Source: an uncultured Bacteroidota bacterium (GTDB taxonomy: Bacteria; Bacteroidota; Ignavibacteria; UBA10030; UBA6906). Taken from it: a stretch of 64,000 nt of DNA. The translations under genes were made by a program, and so were the position numbers. The stretch lies in assembly GCA_963700635.1 (NCBI GenBank), contig CAVOYH010000004.1, forward strand, positions 1-64,000, in the 5' to 3' direction. This document shows positions 58,687 through 64,000 of this stretch, piece by piece (position 1 is the stretch's first letter; each line of letters opens with the position of its first letter). The notes under the pieces are model-generated. The model was not told the origin of the DNA, did no database searches, and was given only the letters and a program-made list of their open reading frames with translations.

Positions 58687-59460
58687 ATGGACAGAATTCG
58701 CATTCTCATCGTGGACGATGAACCCCTTGCGCGGCAGGGTATCCGGTCGCATCTGGAGAATGACCCCGACGTGGAGATCCTCGGAGAAGCCGGCGACGGT
58801 GTCGAGGCCCTCGAACGAATCAGAACCGACCGGCCGGAGCTCGTCCTTCTGGATGTGCAGATGCCGGAGATGAACGGGTTCGAGGTGTTGGACGCGCTCA
58901 CCCCTGAGGAGATGCCTTTTGTGGTATTTGTGACGGCCTATGATCAGTACGCGTTGAATGCTTTCCAGGTGCATGCACTCGACTACCTGCTCAAACCATA
59001 CGAGGATGAACGGTTACAGGAAGCCCTGGATCGAGCAAAATCGCAGCTGCGGCAAAAAAACGGATCACGTGCAAGCACAAAGCGTCTTGTGGAAATGCTG
59101 GACAGCACGAAGAGCGACAGGGGGTGTGTGGGACGAATAATGGTGCGGAGTGGTGGCCGGATTACGTTCGTGCGTGTGGATGATGTTGATTGGATCGAGG
59201 CCCAGGGCGACTATATCTGTCTCCATACCCAGGGAAAGAGACACCTTGTGCGCGAAAAGATCAGCGAAATGGAAACACAACTCTCTCCCGATCACTTCCT
59301 GCGGATTCACCGTTCGACCATGATCAATGTCGCCCGGATAAAGGAGATGCAGCCTCTGTTCCACGGAGAATATGCCGTGGTCCTGCAGGATGGCACCCGG
59401 CTGACGATGAGCCGCTCGTTCCGTGACAGAGTGTTTGATCGCCTGACCGGAACCCTCTGA
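58687..59460 (+). CDS. LytTR-family response regulator (canonical)
   Basis: IVDDEPLAR, LLDVQMP, FVTAYD, DYLLKP; LytTR domain FLRIHRS. Confidence 0.95.
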   Translation: MDRIRILIVDDEPLARQGIRSHLENDPDVEILGEAGDGVEALERIRTDRPELVLLDVQMPEMNGFEVLDALTPEEMPFVVFVTAYDQYALNAFQVHALDYLLKPYEDERLQEALDRAKSQLRQKNGSRASTKRLVEMLDSTKSDRGCVGRIMVRSGGRITFVRVDDVDWIEAQGDYICLHTQGKRHLVREKISEMETQLSPDHFLRIHRSTMINVARIKEMQPLFHGEYAVVLQDGTRLTMSRSFRDRVFDRLTGTL

Positions 59461-59522
59461 TCCGGGCGGACGCGGATGGCGCCAGGGAGGAGGAACCATC
59501 CGCGCTGAGGATCCGACCCGGA
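59461..59522. terminator. Inverted repeat filling the gap between convergent genes (probable bidirectional terminator or stabiliser)
   Basis: CGCGGATGG (59471-79) pairs with CCATCCGCG (59496-504); outer TCCGGG/CCCGGA and CGGA/TCCG also pair; no clear U-tract. Confidence 0.55.
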
Positions 59523-59523
59523 T

Positions 59524-59977
59524 TCACCTGCGGCCGTATTCAACGGGCGCCGCAGGTTGTACCGCGACAAATTCAAAGGAGCCGGGCTTGACGTACTGAT
59601 TGTAGAACCAGGCACAAAGGGTTCTGACTTTTTCGCTGTCGTCAAACTTCGCAGCGCCCTTCACCGCATACACCCCCCTCGGGTCGCCGATCCGGCAGAG
59701 CGAAAGAGCGGCAATAATTCTTGACGATTCATCTTCTTCGTTTCGCAACATCTGCATGAGCGGCACCACTCCCCGGGATACCCTTTCCTCTCCCAGCAAG
59801 AATGCGGCACTCTCCTTGAGTCCTTTGTTCTTCGATTGTAGTCCGCGCAACAGGTTCGTAGCGACCAGTTCTTTCGCGATTGCTGGCGCCACCTGGACCT
59901 TGCCGGTTGCCCAGGCATGTCGCAGCGACAATCACGACGACTCCAACACATAAGCTCTTCTTCAATAACGTAAGCAT
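59524..59977 (-). CDS. Small exported HEAT-repeat protein; +1 frameshift near 59918
   Basis: SD GGAGG and ATG 59977 give signal peptide MLTLLKKSLCVGVVVIVAAT, out of frame with AWATG..NLLRGLQS..SAAFLLGE..RIIAALSLCRIGD. Confidence 0.72.
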
Positions 59978-60061
59978 AGGAACCTCCGCGGTGATAGTTG
60001 TGTGAGAGCTGATTGGCCTACACTGAATATACCGTGCGATCGGCGCGTGGGATGCGTTTAT

Positions 60062-60114
60062 GGGACAAACGCGATGCAGTGTAAGACGAATGTGTTGGAA
60101 TGACGGATGAACTC
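60062..60114 (-). promoter_or_regulatory. Three imperfect direct repeats at 21-bp period (candidate LytTR operator)
   Basis: Minus strand GAGTTCATCCG (60114-104), ACATTCGTCTT (60093-83), GCGTTTGTCCC (60072-62); a -10-like TATATT lies at 60031-26. Confidence 0.6.
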
Positions 60115-60511
60115 GCAGCAGTGTTCGGAGTGACCGGAAATATTCCGCGGGTCGCTTGGACCTCGAAAACCAGCAACTCGTCGCAAACGGTTTGTCCGCA
60201 CGGCGAATCCACTGTACCATGGTGTACCGTGTTAGCCTGAAGATCACGATCCCGATGAACGGCCTCCGTAGGATCACAACATCCTGGTGAGTGGAAACGG
60301 AGTGTCGTTCATGCGGGTCGTGCCAGGTACACGACAAAGGGAGGTGATGAGATTCGAAGGTTGATACTCCTTTCATTGCAGTAAAAATCCCCATATCACC
60401 CATCTTCTTCCCGGTCGAGTGAGGGTGCGACCTCCTGTGGCAGGCGTGGATACGTACGCCCGCAGGGAGGGAAGGGATACGTCTGTTCACTAATTCCCAG
60501 GGAGACTCCCT

Positions 60512-63500
60512 ATGAGCAAGAGATTTGTGCTCCTTCCGACGATGTTGCTTCTCGTGCCGGTACTGGTGTTTGCTTCGGGCAAAATCAGAGGCACGATCGT
60601 TGATAAGGACACCCGCGAACCTCTCGTCGGCGCCAACGTGTCCATCGTCGGCACAACCTACGGCGCGGCAGCGGATGTCAACGGTGAATATGTTATTCTG
60701 AATGTCCCGGTGGGCGTGTATGCGCTAAAGGCGACATTCGTTGGGTATGCGCAATACACGGTCTCCAATGTCCGTGTGAATAACGATCTGACAACGGAAC
60801 TTGACCTCAGCTTGTCCAGTGAGGCGGTCGCATTACAGGCTGTGGAGATCGTCGCGCAACGCCCGCTGGTCAACAAAAATGCTACCAATGCAGTGCGCAT
60901 CAGCACATCGGAAGACCTGGCTGCGCTTCCTGTGAGGGGGATCAACAATATTCTCGCCGTCACGCCGGGTGTCGTCGTCCAGGATGGTGCAGTGTTTATC
61001 CGTGGAGGGCGCCTGGATGAAACTGGATACTATCTTGAGGGAGTCAGCATCCGGAATCCGTTGACGGGAGCCCGGGCCGTGACGCTTGTGCAGGATGCGA
61101 TAGAGGAGATCCAGGTTCAGGCCGGGGGGTACAATGCCGAATTTGGCGGTGCAAATGCCGGTATCATCCAGCAACAACTTCGGACCGGGACATCTTCATG
61201 GAAAGCAAGCGCGCAGTACATCACGGATAACATCTCGCTAAAACCTAAAAGTAAAGCCCTTGATGGAGAGAAGCGCCTGGGGAGCCACTGGTTCGGCTAC
61301 AACGAATTTACCGGGAGTGTCAGCGGTCCGGTGTTCAGTGATCGGTTCAAATTCTTCGGCCTGTTCAATTATCAGTACCAGCGTGACCAGAATCCGCAAC
61401 CGTTTCCCGGGATTTCGCTTGGACCGGTGGTCGGGCAGACGGGGGACACCGTAAATCTGACGTACCCCGCAGGATCCCTCATGAAGAACCCGCGCCAGGA
61501 CTACACAGGGACGGGGACCTTTACGTTGGATTTCATGCCGATCACCGTGCGTCTGGCAGGTACCTATACTGCCACCACGCAGTACAATGCGTACAATTCT
61601 CACCGTAACGCCGGTGCTATCGCAAATCTCCTGAACCAGGATCGTATAGAAGAAATTCGCCAGAAGAACGGGGCAGGGAGTCTGAAGCTGACGCACCTTC
61701 TGAATCCGACAACGTTTTATGAAGTTACGCTGGGTTATTTCCATCAATCCCAGAAACAGCTGGATCCCTATCTCGAAGATGATTTTCTGCATTATGGCGA
61801 CAGTGTGGCCAATGCAAACGTCGGCTGGGTGTGGGAGCGTACGGCTGCGGATATCGCCAGCGGACAAACCGGACGATACCTTCGTCCAACCCGGAGAATC
61901 CTCTATGATTTCGCCTTCAATTCGCCCGGCGAACCACTGGCAGGCTACGTCAAATGGAAAAGAGAGAATATTAGCGTTAATGGTGCCTTCTTTACCCAGA
62001 TCGGCTCGGAGCATTCCATAAAGATCGGTGGCGAATTTCAGCGGTACACCATCCGGAACTATTCTTGGTCGAACGAAAGTGTGTTGCACCCTTGCCGGTC
62101 TCCTGGCCGCAAATGACGCCCTTCCGGACGGTGACCCCAACAAAGTTGCCCGGGAGCAGGTGCTTATCAACCGCGGTGTCAACAATTACGGGTTCGACGT
62201 ATGGGGGAACGAGACGAACACCGGTGGATTCACCGGTCCCAAACATCCGGTATTTGCATCGGCCTATATCCAGGACAAGATCGAATACAAGGATCTTGTC
62301 GTGAATATCGGATTCCGGTATGACTACATCAACATTGACAACTATGCGTTTGCAGATCCAACCAGACCAGACCTGGCCATCGATCCCTACAGCGGGGCGA
62401 TTAGCCCGGCAGGGCTAGTAAAAGCCAGCCCGTTCCATTCGGTAAGTCCGCGACTGGGCCTTTCATTTCCTGTGACGGATCAGACTGTTTTCCATACGCA
62501 GTTCGGACAATTTGTGCAGCAGTCGCGCCTGGCGGATGTGTATCAGGGGATGTACGCCACCGCGTCCAACGTGCGCGGGGGTTTCTATATCCACACGCCG
62601 GTCGGGTACGACGTTCGGCCGACGCGCACGACTCAATACGAACTCGGATTCACCCAGCAGATCGGTGAGTTTGCCTCATTTGATATCACGGGCTATTACA
62701 AGGATATCAAAGACCAGGTTGTGTATGAGCAGTGGAACACCGCCCCAAGCTCTGCGCTGGGGGCATATTTCGCGCTCGCAAACGGCGATTTTGCGACAAC
62801 GAAGGGGATCGAGGTGACGTTCAACATGCGGCGGACCAAACGACTTCAAACAAACGCATCGATCGCTTTCCAGGATGCGCGTGGGACAGGGTCTTTCCCC
62901 AACTCCGCGCGCGGAATCGTGGGTGCTCCGCTTGACGGTGTAACACAATTCAAACCGGTGTATGTGTCTCCGCTCGAGTACAACAATGCGATCCGGGGAA
63001 ATCTGAATCTGGATTACCGGTTTGCCGAAGGCGAGGGTGGTGCGCTCCTCGAACGTCTTGGGGCATCCGCTTTGTTGATGTTCAGCAGTGGACACCCGTA
63101 TACGCGCGGCATCGGCGGGGCAGATCTCGAAGGTGAAGCGCGCAGTCGCGACACCTGTTGAGCCCTTGAACGCCTCGACGACACCGTGGACGTTCCAGGT
63201 CGACCTGCGCATCGACAAGACGGTCCGATCTGTTCGAGACCCTCAATGCCAACTTCTTTGTATACATCATCAACCTGTTCGACACAAAAAATGTTCAGAA
63301 CGTGTTTTTAAGAACGGGCTCCACTGATGACGACGGTGTTCTGAGTAATCCCACTCTCGGCGCGGCACTGATCAGGACGTACGGGTCCAGGTATGCCGAT
63401 GTGTACCGGGCACTCAACATCGATTATTACGAACGGTATCAGAACGCTGTAGGACTGACAACCGTGCCGTATTTTTATGGACCTCCGCGCCAGATTCGTT

Positions 63501-63523
63501 TTGGCGTCCGGCTTGAGTACTAA
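60512..63523 (+). CDS. TonB-dependent receptor with N-terminal carboxypeptidase-regulatory-like domain; three +1 frameshifts (~62090, ~63152, ~63229)
   Basis: Signal peptide, GKIRGTIVD-x-EPLVGANV, plug IRGGR..GGYNAEFG, YIQDKIE, SPRLGLSFP, terminal PRQIRFGVRLEY; fragments 60512..62116, 62028..63161, 63088..63327, 63302..63523. Confidence 0.9.
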
Positions 63524-63543
63524 CCGTGAAGGAGCACACTCTT

Positions 63544-64000
63544 ATGAATCGTGTAACCATACTTTGTGCGAGCCTGCTTCTGGTTGTGGCGATTGGCAGT
63601 GCTCGTGATGACGGGAGGAGCGCGAGTGGCCGGAAACAGCTGCACAAACCCGCCGGCTCTCCGGTATACACATTCCTGAATATCAACAACATTTCCACCG
63701 TGTACAGGAACGACGGGACGGCAGACATTGATCCTGCGCAGCAGAACTCGGGCCTCGTGTTTCCCAAAGGGAGCAGGCGGACCGCAATGTATTCCAGCGG
63801 ATTACTCTGGGGAGCGAAAATCGCGGGTGATCCTCAAGTCCGCGTTGGCGGCTCCGCTCATCGCAGCGGCCTCCAGCCGGGCCGCGTTTTGCCCGGCGGT
63901 CTTCCTGAGGATCCGAATCTGCCCCATGTGAGGATATTCCGGGTACGGCCGGATTACCGGACCGCGGACCTGAGCGCCGAAATCGCCGATGAACATGTCA
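63544..64000 (+). CDS. 3'-truncated secreted protein of the type that follows TBDRs in Ignavibacteria-like genomes
   Basis: SD AAGGAG, ATG 63544, signal peptide, LNINNIS..NDG..SGLVFPKGS-x-TA-Y-SGLLWG..VRVGGS; frame open to the window end, so absent from the ORF track. Confidence 0.75.
   Translation, partial: MNRVTILCASLLLVVAIGSARDDGRSASGRKQLHKPAGSPVYTFLNINNISTVYRNDGTADIDPAQQNSGLVFPKGSRRTAMYSSGLLWGAKIAGDPQVRVGGSAHRSGLQPGRVLPGGLPEDPNLPHVRIFRVRPDYRTADLSAEIADEHV

Noticed and set aside
59729-60490. 253-aa minus-strand ORF across the intergenic region
   Set aside because: Only the part from ATG 59977 (signal peptide of the HEAT gene) looks coding; the rest overlaps promoter elements and reads as non-protein-like.
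60512-63523. Programmed frameshifting or phase variation in the TBDR and kinase
   Set aside because: The break sites lack slippery heptamers, long homopolymers or tandem repeats, and several occur per gene.
1-64000. CRISPR arrays, tRNA/rRNA, IS or integrase, prophage and defence genes
   Set aside because: No regularly spaced DNA repeats, RNA-gene signatures or such protein motifs were seen; the repeats present are protein-level BNR, PD40 and Reg_prop blades.

Overview
Bacterial DNA of roughly 58% GC by eye, probably from an Ignavibacteria-like/FCB lineage: it has a T9SS C-terminal domain protein and an Ignavibacteria-type TonB-dependent receptor, but canonical SD sites and a sigma70-like promoter. 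(1) <1-46126 (+): about 34 tightly coupled genes forming a very large carbohydrate/amide catabolic run. It holds GH37-, GH38-, GH88- and six-hairpin hydrolases, five heparinase-like or uncharacterised toroid proteins, three BNR propellers, PfkB/ROK/glycerate kinases, a class I aldolase, an FAH/NSAR/PreA-like/ferredoxin-cyclase/M20 block, a nitrilase, a CUT1 ABC importer without ATPase, an SSS transporter and a UroD/MtaA-family protein. (2) 46110-52038 (-): a six-gene cobalamin-dependent methyltransferase module (two UroD/MtaA-family proteins, corrinoid protein, stand-alone homocysteine methyltransferase domain, DUF1638, ASKHA/RACE activator). (3) 52217-64000: a T9SS C39-like peptidase, a LytS/LytTR system with an extra pseudo-receiver regulator, a HEAT-repeat gene preceded by three 21-bp-phased LytTR-like boxes, and a TonB-dependent receptor with its downstream partner. 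At least ten frameshifts are visible and all are +1 insertions, most likely sequencing errors. No rRNA, tRNA, CRISPR or mobile element was seen. All family calls come from motif recognition by eye; no database searches were run.
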